Below are positions 29,621 through 38,537 of a DNA stretch of 64,000 nucleotides, piece by piece. How positions within the stretch are numbered: the first letter of the stretch is position 1; each line of letters opens with the position of its first letter. The notes beneath the pieces are model-generated. The model saw only the letters and a list, made by a program, of their open reading frames with translations, was not told the DNA's origin and searched no databases. A program made the position numbers and the translations under genes. Source of the DNA: Candidatus Nomurabacteria bacterium (GTDB taxonomy: Bacteria > Patescibacteriota > Minisyncoccia > Phycocordibacterales > UBA2100); contig CALRHH010000004.1 of NCBI GenBank assembly GCA_943359395.1, positions 1,699 through 65,698 on the forward strand, written 5' to 3'.

Positions 29621-30664
29621 TTAAGCTCCCCGAGAGACATTGGCGTATATCGAGAGCAGCGCAAACAGAAGGCTGAGCGACAGCGGTCCAAGGAAGATAC
29701 CGATGGGACCGAAGAACATGATACCGCCGAGAACCGCGAGGAGAACGAGGAGTGGGTGGAGGTGCATCCCGCTGCCGATGAGTTTGGGCGAAAGAAAGTT
29801 GTCGATGAGACCTACGGCGAGCGTTCCCCACGCGAGGAGTCCGATTGCCTGCGGCGTCGCTCCGGTAAAAAAGAGAAACGCGACTGCAGGAATAAAGACG
29901 AGCGAGGTGCCGACACCTGGAATGAGCGCCGCGAGGGCGGCCACAGTTCCCCACAGAACAGCGCTCGGCACCCTAAAAAGAGTGAGGCCAACTATTGAAA
30001 GGCCCCCCTGCACGAGCGCAATGGTGAGATTCCCCTTGATAACGGAGTTGACCGCGTGCTCAAGCCTGTCGAAAACACCCTCATCGTCCCTATCATTCAG
30101 AGGAGAAAGCTCGATGAGTATTTGTCGCACGCGCTTTCCGTCGCGCAAGAGGTAGTAGAGTGCGATAAAGAAAACAAAGAACGAGAGGAGGAGGGACGAG
30201 ATGCTTGAGAAAATATCGCCGGCATTTCCAGTAATCCACTGCAGTGCTTCCTTTGTATAGGTATCAATATTCGCCGAGACGTCCCGGGAAAATTCCCCGA
30301 TTCCGGGAACAACCCCGCCGAACGAGGCGTCAATTCGAAGGAAGAGTTCTGCGATGGTGCTCCGCCCGCCCGCCTCTTCAAGTGAGAAGTATACTTCACG
30401 CGCTTCATTTCCGACGAGCACTCCAACGAGAGCGAGCGGAAGAAGTATGAGAACGACACTTATGACAACCGTAAGCAGCGCGGCGATGCTTGGCCAACCG
30501 CCAAGAAGCTGGGACATTTTTCTATACAGTCCTTGAAGAACGACGGCAAACACCGCGGCGAGAATGAGAGGCTTCAAAAACGGCGAGAATATCAGCGCTA
30601 CAAGAACAATCGCCACTGCGAGTAGAACCATCAAGAAATACGGTCGCAGGCGCTCACCTTGCAT
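29621..30664 (-). CDS. AI-2E family transporter
   Basis: YYLLRDG, IP.VG, DN...PK, H.LL.L..VLGG...FG..G.FLGP. Confidence 0.92.
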   Translation of the reverse strand: MQGERLRPYFLMVLLAVAIVLVALIFSPFLKPLILAAVFAVVLQGLYRKMSQLLGGWPSIAALLTVVISVVLILLPLALVGVLVGNEAREVYFSLEEAGGRSTIAELFLRIDASFGGVVPGIGEFSRDVSANIDTYTKEALQWITGNAGDIFSSISSLLLSFFVFFIALYYLLRDGKRVRQILIELSPLNDRDDEGVFDRLEHAVNSVIKGNLTIALVQGGLSIVGLTLFRVPSAVLWGTVAALAALIPGVGTSLVFIPAVAFLFFTGATPQAIGLLAWGTLAVGLIDNFLSPKLIGSGMHLHPLLVLLAVLGGIMFFGPIGIFLGPLSLSLLFALLSIYANVSRGA

Positions 30665-30674
30665 ATAGGAGGAG

Positions 30675-30741
30675 TATACCCCGTGAGATAAACACTTCCA
30701 CCTTTTACTGTGGTTCGGACATTCCTATCTCACGGGGTATA
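30675..30741. mobile_element. TIR-bounded mini-element, copy c
   Basis: TATACCCCGTGAGATA ... TATCTCACGGGGTATA (perfect 16-bp TIR). Confidence 0.75.
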
Positions 30742-30780
30742 GCAAAAAGGAGCCCCCTCTGCCTTCCGGGTAATAAACAC

Positions 30781-31152
30781 TTACAAGAAGAAAACGAGAT
30801 AGAGACCAATTGCCGTTATGAGAGCCCCGACGAGCGGCATCGTCGAGACGGGAAACTTCTTCACCATGGCGTGAAGTTGTTCAGGAGCAAAAATGTAGAC
30901 GATTCCCTTGATAAGAATCGCCCAAGACATGACCATCACAAACAGCGACAGATAATCTGTTCCCGTGTTTCCCCGCAGAACGAGGGTTGCCCCACCAAAA
31001 ACAAGCGCTATGCCAGCGAGGAACGAAATAGCTCGATGCTCAAATAAATCCTTGAGCACGAGCATGAGCGTCTTCTTATGCGTAATGACAAATATCCCAC
31101 TTACCGCAAAATACACCCCCAACACCTTTGCAATGAGAACTGTCGTTTCCAT
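30781..31152 (-). CDS. 4-TM hypothetical membrane protein
   Basis: A...G.Y....G, W....KG......P pattern; start at METTV. Confidence 0.75.
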   Translation of the reverse strand: METTVLIAKVLGVYFAVSGIFVITHKKTLMLVLKDLFEHRAISFLAGIALVFGGATLVLRGNTGTDYLSLFVMVMSWAILIKGIVYIFAPEQLHAMVKKFPVSTMPLVGALITAIGLYLVFFL

Positions 31153-31298
31153 AATTATATGACTGATTACGTAATAAACACACGCCACCACCTACTATCA
31201 GTTAAATATACACCCGCCCCGCACGCAGATATTATGAAAAGTGGATAGGTCGAATGGGAGCGATTTTGGAACTTTCTTAAGAGTGATGTATGTAGATA

Positions 31299-31329
31299 AA
31301 AAATTGCCGGCAGTAATGCCGGCAATTTT
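31299..31329 (-). terminator. Intrinsic terminator
   Basis: AAAATTGCCGGCA-gtaa-TGCCGGCAATTTT with flanking A tract. Confidence 0.8.
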
Positions 31330-31331
31330 CT

Positions 31332-31451
31332 TTATGCAGTTGGATTTTCTGCGGGAGTCGCTGGCTCTGCGGGAGTCGCAGGAGCCGCTGGCGTTTCCGA
31401 CATAGGAGCGGGCGTTGGAACTTCCGCTGCTGGGTTTGTTTCATCAACCAT
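31332..31451 (-). CDS. Small acidic Pro/Ala/Thr-rich protein, 39 aa (not in ORF track)
   Basis: MVDETNPAAEVPTPAPMSETPAAPATPAEPATPAENPTA followed at once by a terminator. Confidence 0.65.
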   Translation of the reverse strand: MVDETNPAAEVPTPAPMSETPAAPATPAEPATPAENPTA

Positions 31452-31513
31452 ATCAAGGATTTTATCCTAGTAAACGCGAGGCGACGACCTTTAGGTGATC
31501 ATATCATACATTT

Positions 31514-31587
31514 TGGCTGCGGGACTTGGATTCGAACCAAGATACTCTCCTCCAGAGGGAGAAGTCCTACCATTAGACGATCCCGCA
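31514..31587 (-). tRNA. tRNA-Gln(CUG)
   Basis: Cloverleaf; anticodon arm TCTCC-CT CTG GA-GGAGA; encoded CCA. Confidence 0.95.
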
Positions 31588-31668
31588 ATGTTCACACTCT
31601 TCGCAACTCGCAAAAAGTGTGCGCCGTGAGGCGCACGCTCATCATACACGATTCTCGTTTCGCCTCAA

Positions 31669-32085
31669 TTATTCGCGGTGAGCCGCAAATGCGATGCTGA
31701 AAATCGCGATGTAGACGAGGAGTCCGTAGGCACACGTCGGGAGTCCGAGAACGTACGAGGAGAAGCCTTCAGCAAAGAGCCGCGGCAACTCTTGAAGCGT
31801 GAAGTATCCTGAAAAGAGGATGCCTGCGCCTGAAACGACCTTCAACGCATTGAGGGCCATCGAACGCGTCAACGCCCCCCAGAAGTACTGAGTAAGGAGT
31901 ATCGTCATGACGGCGTACATCGCGAACCCATAATAGCACGCGGGATAGCCGAGGAAGTACGGGCACGGCTCGTTGAGCGCGCAAACTTCCGAGAAAAGCT
32001 TAACTCCACTCAAGTAGCCTGCAAAGAGAAGCCCCGCGATGGAGAGTGCGAAGAGGAGGCGGAAGCGTCCCGTAATGAGATGCAT
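31669..32085 (-). CDS. VKOR-like membrane protein
   Basis: G...AGYL, loop C-X5-C, LG.P.C.YG twice. Confidence 0.6.
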   Translation of the reverse strand: MHLITGRFRLLFALSIAGLLFAGYLSGVKLFSEVCALNEPCPYFLGYPACYYGFAMYAVMTILLTQYFWGALTRSMALNALKVVSGAGILFSGYFTLQELPRLFAEGFSSYVLGLPTCAYGLLVYIAIFSIAFAAHRE

Positions 32086-32091
32086 AGTGTT

Positions 32092-33162
32092 TTACCCGGT
32101 GATGCCCGAGAGGGAGTGTGGTTTGCCTTCGGCAATAGCCGCGTGTGTGATGCGGATGAATTGTGCTTTCTTTTCAAATTCTGGAATGGTCTTCGCACCG
32201 ACATAGCCCATGCCTACCTGCACGCCGGATGCGAGTGTCGCAATTATCTCCCCCACTGGTCCTTTGTACGGCACGAGAGCTTCTACCCCCTCAGGCACTG
32301 CCTTGCGTCCGTGAGTGAAGTACCGCTCCGAGCCCGACGCGCTTTTGATGACCGCCTGAGAACCCATGCCACGGTATTCTTTGAACTTTTTGCCGTCTTT
32401 CTCGACGATTTTGCCCGGCGATTCATCGGTGCCTGCGAAGAGATTGCCGAGCATGACCGCCGAGGCTCCTGCAGCGAGCGCCTTGGCGATGTCGCCAGAG
32501 GTGCGAATGCCGCCATCTGCAATGACGGGTACTTTGTACTTGCGAGCAACAGAGACAACATCGAGCACGGCCGAGAGCTGTGGCACGCCTACGCCTGAAA
32601 TAAGTCGTGTCGTACAAATGCTTCCAGGGCCGACGCCGACCTTGACGGCGTCTGCAAATGCGCATACGGCCTTGGCGGCTTCTCCGGTCGCGATGTTGCC
32701 AAATATCATCTTGGAGTGTTTCAGGTTTTTCTTTATTTTGCGTGCGCTCTCTACAACATTCAGATTGTGTCCGTGTGCGCAATCGATAACGACGACGTCA
32801 CATCCCGCTTCATCAAGCGCCTTCGCGCGGTCGGCGGCAAACGGACCGCATGCTGCGGCAACTTTCACCCCAGCCTCTTTTACGTGTTTTACTATCTTGA
32901 CCTGCACCTCTATCGAACAGTTGCGATGAATGACGCCAAGGCCTCCGAGTTTGCCGAGGGCTATCGCCATTTCCTCTTCCGTCACGCGATCCATCGCGGC
33001 GGAGAGGAAGGGCACCGAGAGCTCGATGCCTGCTATTTTTGTTTTGAGAGACGCGTCCGCAGGCTCCATCTGTGAAGCACCCGGTCGGATGAGGACGTCA
33101 TCGAATGTAAAACCCTCCTTGAGAATCTTAGCTGCCACTTGTGGTGAGCTACGTCGAATCAT
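32092..33162 (-). CDS. guaB: IMP dehydrogenase (no CBS domains)
   Basis: TFDDVL, SAAMD.VTE, D.AHGH, GVGPGSICTTR, ADGGI, YRGMGS, PEGVE. Confidence 0.95.
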   Translation of the reverse strand: MIRRSSPQVAAKILKEGFTFDDVLIRPGASQMEPADASLKTKIAGIELSVPFLSAAMDRVTEEEMAIALGKLGGLGVIHRNCSIEVQVKIVKHVKEAGVKVAAACGPFAADRAKALDEAGCDVVVIDCAHGHNLNVVESARKIKKNLKHSKMIFGNIATGEAAKAVCAFADAVKVGVGPGSICTTRLISGVGVPQLSAVLDVVSVARKYKVPVIADGGIRTSGDIAKALAAGASAVMLGNLFAGTDESPGKIVEKDGKKFKEYRGMGSQAVIKSASGSERYFTHGRKAVPEGVEALVPYKGPVGEIIATLASGVQVGMGYVGAKTIPEFEKKAQFIRITHAAIAEGKPHSLSGITG

Positions 33163-33191
33163 GGTCCATTATACTCTCTCGCGTCGAAAAG

Positions 33192-34874
33192 TCAATCTCT
33201 TTTTCCTATCGCAGCCTTGATAAACGCGCTAAAGAGCGGGTGCGGTGTAAGAGGTCGAGCCTTGAGTTCAGGATGGAACTGTGTGCCGAGCATAAACGGA
33301 TGCACACTTTTGGGCAGTTCCGCTATTTCCATAAGATGTCCGCTTGGCGATTTACCCGAGAATACGAGCCCCGCTTGTTCTAGACGCTCAATATACTCAG
33401 GATTTACTTCAAAGCGATGGCGATGACGTTCCGAGATGGCGTCTTTTCCGTCCGCCTTCGCCAAGGCTCCGGCGGACAAGTATGCTTCATGTGCAAGCGT
33501 CCCTTTCACAAGGTCGCACGGGTAGGCACCCAAACGCATTGAGCCGCCGTAATTCTTCTTCGCGAGCTTCTCTATCTGCTCGGGCAAAATGGCGATGACG
33601 GGATGCGGACTCTTCGGGTCTATTTCGGTCGTGTGTGCTCCTTCGAGGCCGGCCACGTTGCGTGTATATTCGACAATCATCAATTGCATTCCGTAGCAGA
33701 GGCCGAAGTATGGAATCTTGTTCTCACGCGCAAAACGAATCGCGTTAATTTTTCCTTCGATGCCGGTCTCGCCGAATCCACCGGGCACAATGATGCCATC
33801 ATAATTCTTGAGCTCTGCTACAGACTTTGGGTCGGTCTCGTAATTCTTTGCATTGAGCCATGCGATTTCGGGCTTCACGCCGTGCGCGAAAGCGGAAAAT
33901 TTTATAGCCTCAATGACTGAGATATAGGCATCAGAGAGAACAAACTCCCCTGTATCAAAATACTTACCCACTACCCCAATCTTTACCGTGCCATTGCCGT
34001 TGTGTGCGTGTTCTGCGAACGACTTCCACTCGGAAAAATCAGGCGTCTGCTTCGGACGCTTGCCCAAAAGACTCATGAGAGTCTCTGAGAGTTTGTCACG
34101 TTCGAAATTGAGAGGAACATCGTAAATAGAATCGACGTCGGGTGCGGAGATGATGTGCTCTGCTTGCACATTGCACCAGATTGCGAGTTTTTCTTTTCTC
34201 TTCTTGTCGAGCGTATGCGTAGAACGAGCAATGATGATGTCGGGCTGGACGCCGTACGCGTTGAGCTGACGCACCGCATTTTGTGTCGGCTTTGTTTTCA
34301 TTTCACCGACGGTGCTGGGCACCGGCAAGTAGGAAACCATCACAAAGAGCACGTCGGAAGAATGCTTGAGATGCATGACGCGCGCAGCGTCAATGAAAAG
34401 CGCATTGGAGAAATCGCCAAGCGTGCCCCCAATCTCCACGACAGTCACGTCTGACTTTGCCATGCGAGCGGACTTCTCAAGGCGTCCGACAATTTCATCT
34501 CGCACGTGCGGAATCGCTTCAACGCACTTTCCACCATACGCGAGGTTTCGTTCTTTTTCGATTACTGTCTTATAGACCATGCCGCTCGTCATGTAGTCCT
34601 CCGGTCCAAGGTCACGCCCCAAGAAGCGCTCGTAATTTCCCATGTCTTGGTCGGTCTCCAAGCCACTATCGAGGACAAACACCTCTCCGTGTTCTATCGG
34701 ATTCATCGTTCCCGCGTCCACGTTTAAGTAGGGGTCGATTTTCACAAGGTTGACGCTCAGTCCGCGTGCGGTCAGAAGCTTACCGATAGAGGCTGCGGCG
34801 ATACCCTTGCCGACCGCAGACATAACACCGCCCACGACGAAAATATACTTGTGTCCTGCGCGCGCACGCTTCAT
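33192..34874 (-). CDS. pyrG: CTP synthase
   Basis: GGV.S.VGKG, KIDPY.N.D.GTM, KTKPTQ, GLCYGMQ, ERHRHR, QFHPE. Confidence 0.98.
   Translation of the reverse strand: MKRARAGHKYIFVVGGVMSAVGKGIAAASIGKLLTARGLSVNLVKIDPYLNVDAGTMNPIEHGEVFVLDSGLETDQDMGNYERFLGRDLGPEDYMTSGMVYKTVIEKERNLAYGGKCVEAIPHVRDEIVGRLEKSARMAKSDVTVVEIGGTLGDFSNALFIDAARVMHLKHSSDVLFVMVSYLPVPSTVGEMKTKPTQNAVRQLNAYGVQPDIIIARSTHTLDKKRKEKLAIWCNVQAEHIISAPDVDSIYDVPLNFERDKLSETLMSLLGKRPKQTPDFSEWKSFAEHAHNGNGTVKIGVVGKYFDTGEFVLSDAYISVIEAIKFSAFAHGVKPEIAWLNAKNYETDPKSVAELKNYDGIIVPGGFGETGIEGKINAIRFARENKIPYFGLCYGMQLMIVEYTRNVAGLEGAHTTEIDPKSPHPVIAILPEQIEKLAKKNYGGSMRLGAYPCDLVKGTLAHEAYLSAGALAKADGKDAISERHRHRFEVNPEYIERLEQAGLVFSGKSPSGHLMEIAELPKSVHPFMLGTQFHPELKARPLTPHPLFSAFIKAAIGKRD
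33450..33479. repeat. 30-bp palindrome inserted in frame in pyrG
   Basis: GTCCGCC-ttcgccaaggctcc-GGCGGAC-AA; encodes LSAGALAKAD between AY and GKDAISERHRHR. Confidence 0.75.
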
Positions 34875-34887
34875 AGACCTAAGAGTA

Positions 34888-35835
34888 TCACGTCTTGAGA
34901 TACCGTCGGACGGCCAAATAACTGGACAGGGCGCCGAGCGCGATACTTGTACCCATCAAAACTCCGAAGAAGAGTAGGAAATGGGCCGTGTAATACCCAA
35001 AGGAGTTGAAGGAGCCGAATAGAAGCTCGGTTGTCGGGTCGAGACCTATTAAGACAGGATGGTAGAGCAGTATTGGGTAGAGCAGTATGAGGACAACAAC
35101 GCTCGATACGACGCCGTAGAGAACGCCGGCGACCATAAAGGGACCGCGCACGTACCACCTGCTCGCTCCTACCAGATTCATGACACCTATTTCATCGCGA
35201 GATGTATAGATGGCGAGACGTATTGTATTGAGGACAATGAGAAGCGCTGAGATGGCAAGAAATACTGTCTTTGCGACACCGTTCCTTTCGGAGGTGTCGA
35301 TTATCTTGGTCAAACGGTCAATCGCGGTCTTGTTCTGGTAGAAATTTATTTTGTCTATCGCGGCACCTGCACCTGTTTGGGAATCCTGCTGAGCTTGAAG
35401 GTACTTTGCGATGCCTTCGTACTGGCTTGTTTGTTTTGCGCGAACCTCAATCGACGCACCGAGAGGATTCTCCCCAAGCTCATCGAGCGCCTGAATCGTG
35501 AGCTGGTCATTCTTGTGACGTTCGCGGAAATCGGCGAGCGCCTGTTCTCGACTGAGGTACGCGATAGAAGCAACTTCGGGTAGCGCCTGGAGTGATTTTT
35601 GGATTTGCTCAATCTGCTCCTGTGCGGCATTCGTTTGGAAGTAGACAGTAACGTCGACTTTGTTGGTGAGATCCTGGAGCGTCGCCGTCATCGCTGCATT
35701 GGATATCATAATGTTTACAAGCATGAACAGCATGATGGTCATCATGAGTATCGCGGAAAGCGAGACGAACCCGTTGCGAACGAATCCTACGAAGCCGTAT
35801 CGCGCTACTCGCTTCGTTGTGGTCCAAAGTGACAT
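34888..35835 (-). CDS. ftsX: Cell division permease FtsX
   Basis: RN...S, S.E.AL..F, NPL, NTIRLAI..R.EI.VM.LVGA. Confidence 0.93.
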   Translation of the reverse strand: MSLWTTTKRVARYGFVGFVRNGFVSLSAILMMTIMLFMLVNIMISNAAMTATLQDLTNKVDVTVYFQTNAAQEQIEQIQKSLQALPEVASIAYLSREQALADFRERHKNDQLTIQALDELGENPLGASIEVRAKQTSQYEGIAKYLQAQQDSQTGAGAAIDKINFYQNKTAIDRLTKIIDTSERNGVAKTVFLAISALLIVLNTIRLAIYTSRDEIGVMNLVGASRWYVRGPFMVAGVLYGVVSSVVVLILLYPILLYHPVLIGLDPTTELLFGSFNSFGYYTAHFLLFFGVLMGTSIALGALSSYLAVRRYLKT

Positions 35836-35856
35836 ATACAATCAAGTGTACTACGT

Positions 35857-36540
35857 TTATAGGGAGTACTTCCCGTCCTTGTCGTCCCGGACGATGCGCC
35901 CTTGATCCATCGTGACGACGCGCCTCCCTATAGAGTCCACGACTGATTTATTGTGTGTCGTAAGCAGAATAGTCGTACCGAGGTCATTTATTTTCTTCAA
36001 GATGCCGACGATGTCGTGCGTGTTGATAGGGTCGAGATTTCCCGTCGGCTCATCCGCAATGAGTACATCGGGTTGATTCACGATAGCCCTCGCGATTGCT
36101 ACGCGCTGTTGTTCACCGCCCGAGAGCTCGTGGGGAAAACTCCAAATCTTGTCCGAAAGACCTACGAGGTCCAATACGTGCGGTACATCCCCTGCAATAT
36201 CTTCATCGCTGCGACCGGCCACTTCGAGGGCAAACGCGATATTCTCATACACATTTTTAGTAGGCAGGAGACGATAATCTTGAAATATGGTCCCGATATT
36301 GCGGCGAAGCTTCAAAAGTTCGCCATTTGAGAGTTTGCTCACTTCCCGCGTACCGAAAAAGACCGTCCCTTCGGTCGGAATGACTTCCGCAAAAAGCATT
36401 TTGAGTAACGTGGTCTTTCCAGCCCCTGAATGACCTACGATGGAGACGAATTCCCCCGGTTCGACACTTAGAGTGATATCTGAGACAGCGGCGGCAGAAC
36501 CATCAAAATAAGTTTTCGTGACCTTGTCGAAAAATATCAT
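35857..36540 (-). CDS. ftsE: Cell division ATP-binding protein FtsE
   Basis: GHSGAGKTT, FQDYRLL, LSGGEQQRVAIARA, ADEPTGNLD; adjacent to ftsX. Confidence 0.95.
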   Translation of the reverse strand: MIFFDKVTKTYFDGSAAAVSDITLSVEPGEFVSIVGHSGAGKTTLLKMLFAEVIPTEGTVFFGTREVSKLSNGELLKLRRNIGTIFQDYRLLPTKNVYENIAFALEVAGRSDEDIAGDVPHVLDLVGLSDKIWSFPHELSGGEQQRVAIARAIVNQPDVLIADEPTGNLDPINTHDIVGILKKINDLGTTILLTTHNKSVVDSIGRRVVTMDQGRIVRDDKDGKYSL

Positions 36541-36570
36541 AACAACGAGATTCATTATAACGCCTAGCGA

Positions 36571-36620
36571 GGAAATCGCGAAAGCCAAGCTTTCGCGATT
36601 TCCGAGTGACGGCGGTATAT
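36571..36620. repeat. Hairpin repeat sharing a block with the tRNA-fMet-adjacent element
   Basis: GGAAATCGCGAAAGC-caa-GCTTTCGCGATTTCC-GAGTGACGGCGG; its reverse complement matches 45204-45234. Confidence 0.6.
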
Positions 36621-36627
36621 GCTTCGC

Positions 36628-37527
36628 CTATACCTTCTCTCCGAGACTATCCAAATTCCTCTCCGCGTCGACAAAGGGTTGGATGTCTCCCGCAAGTACT
36701 TTCTCGACATTCCGCTCCTCGTGCCCGGTGCGGTGATCCTTTACGAGCTGGTACGGGTGCAGAACGTACGAGCGAATCTGACTCCCCCACTCTATTTTTG
36801 TCGAAGCTCCCGCAGAAAGCCCTCGCGATTCCTGCATCTGCGCGGCTTCGCGCAACTGGTAGAGTTTACCGCGCAACATTTCAAGTGCCTTCTCTCTGTT
36901 TTGTAGTTGGCTGCGTTCAGAAGTGACCTGCACACTCATGCCCGTCGGGATATGCGTCATGCGTACCGCCGTGTCGCGCTTGTTTACGTTCTGCCCGCCG
37001 GGACCGCCCGAGCGCGCGACCGATATATCGAGATCTTTTTCTGGAATGTGTGTCTCGGGCACATCTTCGAGCTTAGGGAGTACCTCAACGAGCGAAAATG
37101 AAGTTTGTCGCTTCCCTGCGGAATTGAACGGCGACATACGTATGAGACGATGTACGCCCGCTTCGTGCTTGAGTGCGCCGTACGCACCCGAGCCGTCGAC
37201 CTCAAATGAGATACTTCGAAAACCTCCCATTGAATTTTCGTTGGATGAGAGTAGTCCTGTGTTCCAACCTTTCGTTGCTGAATATTTTTTGTACATCTCA
37301 AAAAGAATACGCGAGAAGTCTTCGGCATCGTCGCCGCCCGCCCCAGACACGATTGAGACTATTGCGTCACTTTTATCGTACTCACCTCCACCAGCGAGCT
37401 TTGCCTTCAAATCTTGGTATTCCTTGAGGACTGCCTGCGCTTTCACTTTGTCAGTCCAAAAATCCGCTGCTCCCATCGCGGTTTCTATCTCAACAATTTT
37501 GGCTTCTATAATCTCTTTAGATTGCAT
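36628..37527 (-). CDS. prfB: Peptide chain release factor 2 (short N-domain)
   Basis: SPF anticodon motif, GGQ, WGSQIRSYVLHPY.LVKD. Confidence 0.93.
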   Translation of the reverse strand: MQSKEIIEAKIVEIETAMGAADFWTDKVKAQAVLKEYQDLKAKLAGGGEYDKSDAIVSIVSGAGGDDAEDFSRILFEMYKKYSATKGWNTGLLSSNENSMGGFRSISFEVDGSGAYGALKHEAGVHRLIRMSPFNSAGKRQTSFSLVEVLPKLEDVPETHIPEKDLDISVARSGGPGGQNVNKRDTAVRMTHIPTGMSVQVTSERSQLQNREKALEMLRGKLYQLREAAQMQESRGLSAGASTKIEWGSQIRSYVLHPYQLVKDHRTGHEERNVEKVLAGDIQPFVDAERNLDSLGEKV

Positions 37528-37549
37528 CCGAGCAGTATAACAATTTCGG

Positions 37550-37622
37550 AGCCGCCTCGCGGGATCGAACCGCGGACCTTATCTTTACGAAAGATATGCT
37601 CTACCAACTGAGCTAAGGCGGC
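37550..37622 (-). tRNA. tRNA-Thr(CGU)
   Basis: Cloverleaf; TATCT-TT CGT AA-AGATA. Confidence 0.95.
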
Positions 37623-37627
37623 ACTAC

Positions 37628-37725
37628 TGCGCTCCGGCTACACCGGAGCTTCGAAGTGCAAGTCGTAGTGAAAAGTACTACTGCTTGCCCTGCGAAGCTC
37701 ATGCACTGCTTGAGCGAAGAAGGCA
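37628..37725. repeat. Composite REP-like palindromes between two tRNA-Thr genes
   Basis: GCTCCGG-ctaca-CCGGAGC-TTCG..GCAAG and inverted CTTGC..CGAA-GCTCA..TGAGC-GAAG. Confidence 0.55.
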
Positions 37726-37784
37726 GCTGAGGCGGCAAACAGGGATATCCTACGCTAAAAATGCTCGATTTCCAATTTATTTTG

Positions 37785-37856
37785 AGCCAGAGGAGAGAAT
37801 CGGACTCTCGACCTCCATCTTACCAAGATGGCGTTCTACCACTGAACTACTCTGGC
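37785..37856 (-). tRNA. tRNA-Thr(GGU)
   Basis: Cloverleaf; CCATC-TT GGT AA-GATGG. Confidence 0.93.
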
Positions 37857-37872
37857 AATACGAGCGATACTA

Positions 37873-38526
37873 TCACGCGAGAGGATACTCCCACAATTCT
37901 TCAACGAGCGGGGCGACTGATGCATCATGTATGTCATTCGAGGTAATGGAAGTTTCGGAGAGAATCTTCCGCTCTATCTCAAGACCTATTTTTTTATATC
38001 CTGCGTACGCGGCACTCGCGTCTTCCACAGTTTGGTATCGATGGGTATAACGACCAATTGCCTCATCAAATCGATCCTCGAGACTGACGACGCCATGTGT
38101 AGCCACTCGGCAATCGGCGTACGCAACAACCTGCAACTCTCGTGAATCTCCTTGCGCGGTCCGCTCCATCTCAGAAAAACCGACTCGGTCGATAATTGAA
38201 ACAACGGAATCCGAAAGCCCAATTTCCTGCGCAATCGCGACACTTGCCGCATGAGCACTCGTTCCGTACTTTTGAACAAACTCCCTCTGCTTTCCCCTCC
38301 AATACTCCAAGCCCTCGGGCTCCAGCAAGTCTGGGTACAGGGTGAGGTCAAATTTTACAATGTTGCCCATGTCATGAAAGAGACACGCAAGGATGACGTC
38401 GTGCGCGTTGACAGGATTCTCAAAATTATCACAAATCAATTTTCCTACCGCAGCGACGCGCAGCTGATGCAGCTGCAAGCTCGGCATGATGGTATATGCC
38501 GCATAGACTTCGCGAGGAGTCTTCAT
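37873..38526 (-). CDS. HD-domain metal-dependent phosphohydrolase
   Basis: H..RVA, ACL.HDMGN, H, YAD.RV. Confidence 0.85.
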   Translation of the reverse strand: MKTPREVYAAYTIMPSLQLHQLRVAAVGKLICDNFENPVNAHDVILACLFHDMGNIVKFDLTLYPDLLEPEGLEYWRGKQREFVQKYGTSAHAASVAIAQEIGLSDSVVSIIDRVGFSEMERTAQGDSRELQVVAYADCRVATHGVVSLEDRFDEAIGRYTHRYQTVEDASAAYAGYKKIGLEIERKILSETSITSNDIHDASVAPLVEELWEYPLA

Positions 38527-38537
38527 GAGAGATGACA

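Noticed and set aside
37528..37549. Programmed +1 frameshift for prfB
   Set aside because: No CTT-TGA site or upstream ORF; a tRNA lies 22 nt upstream.
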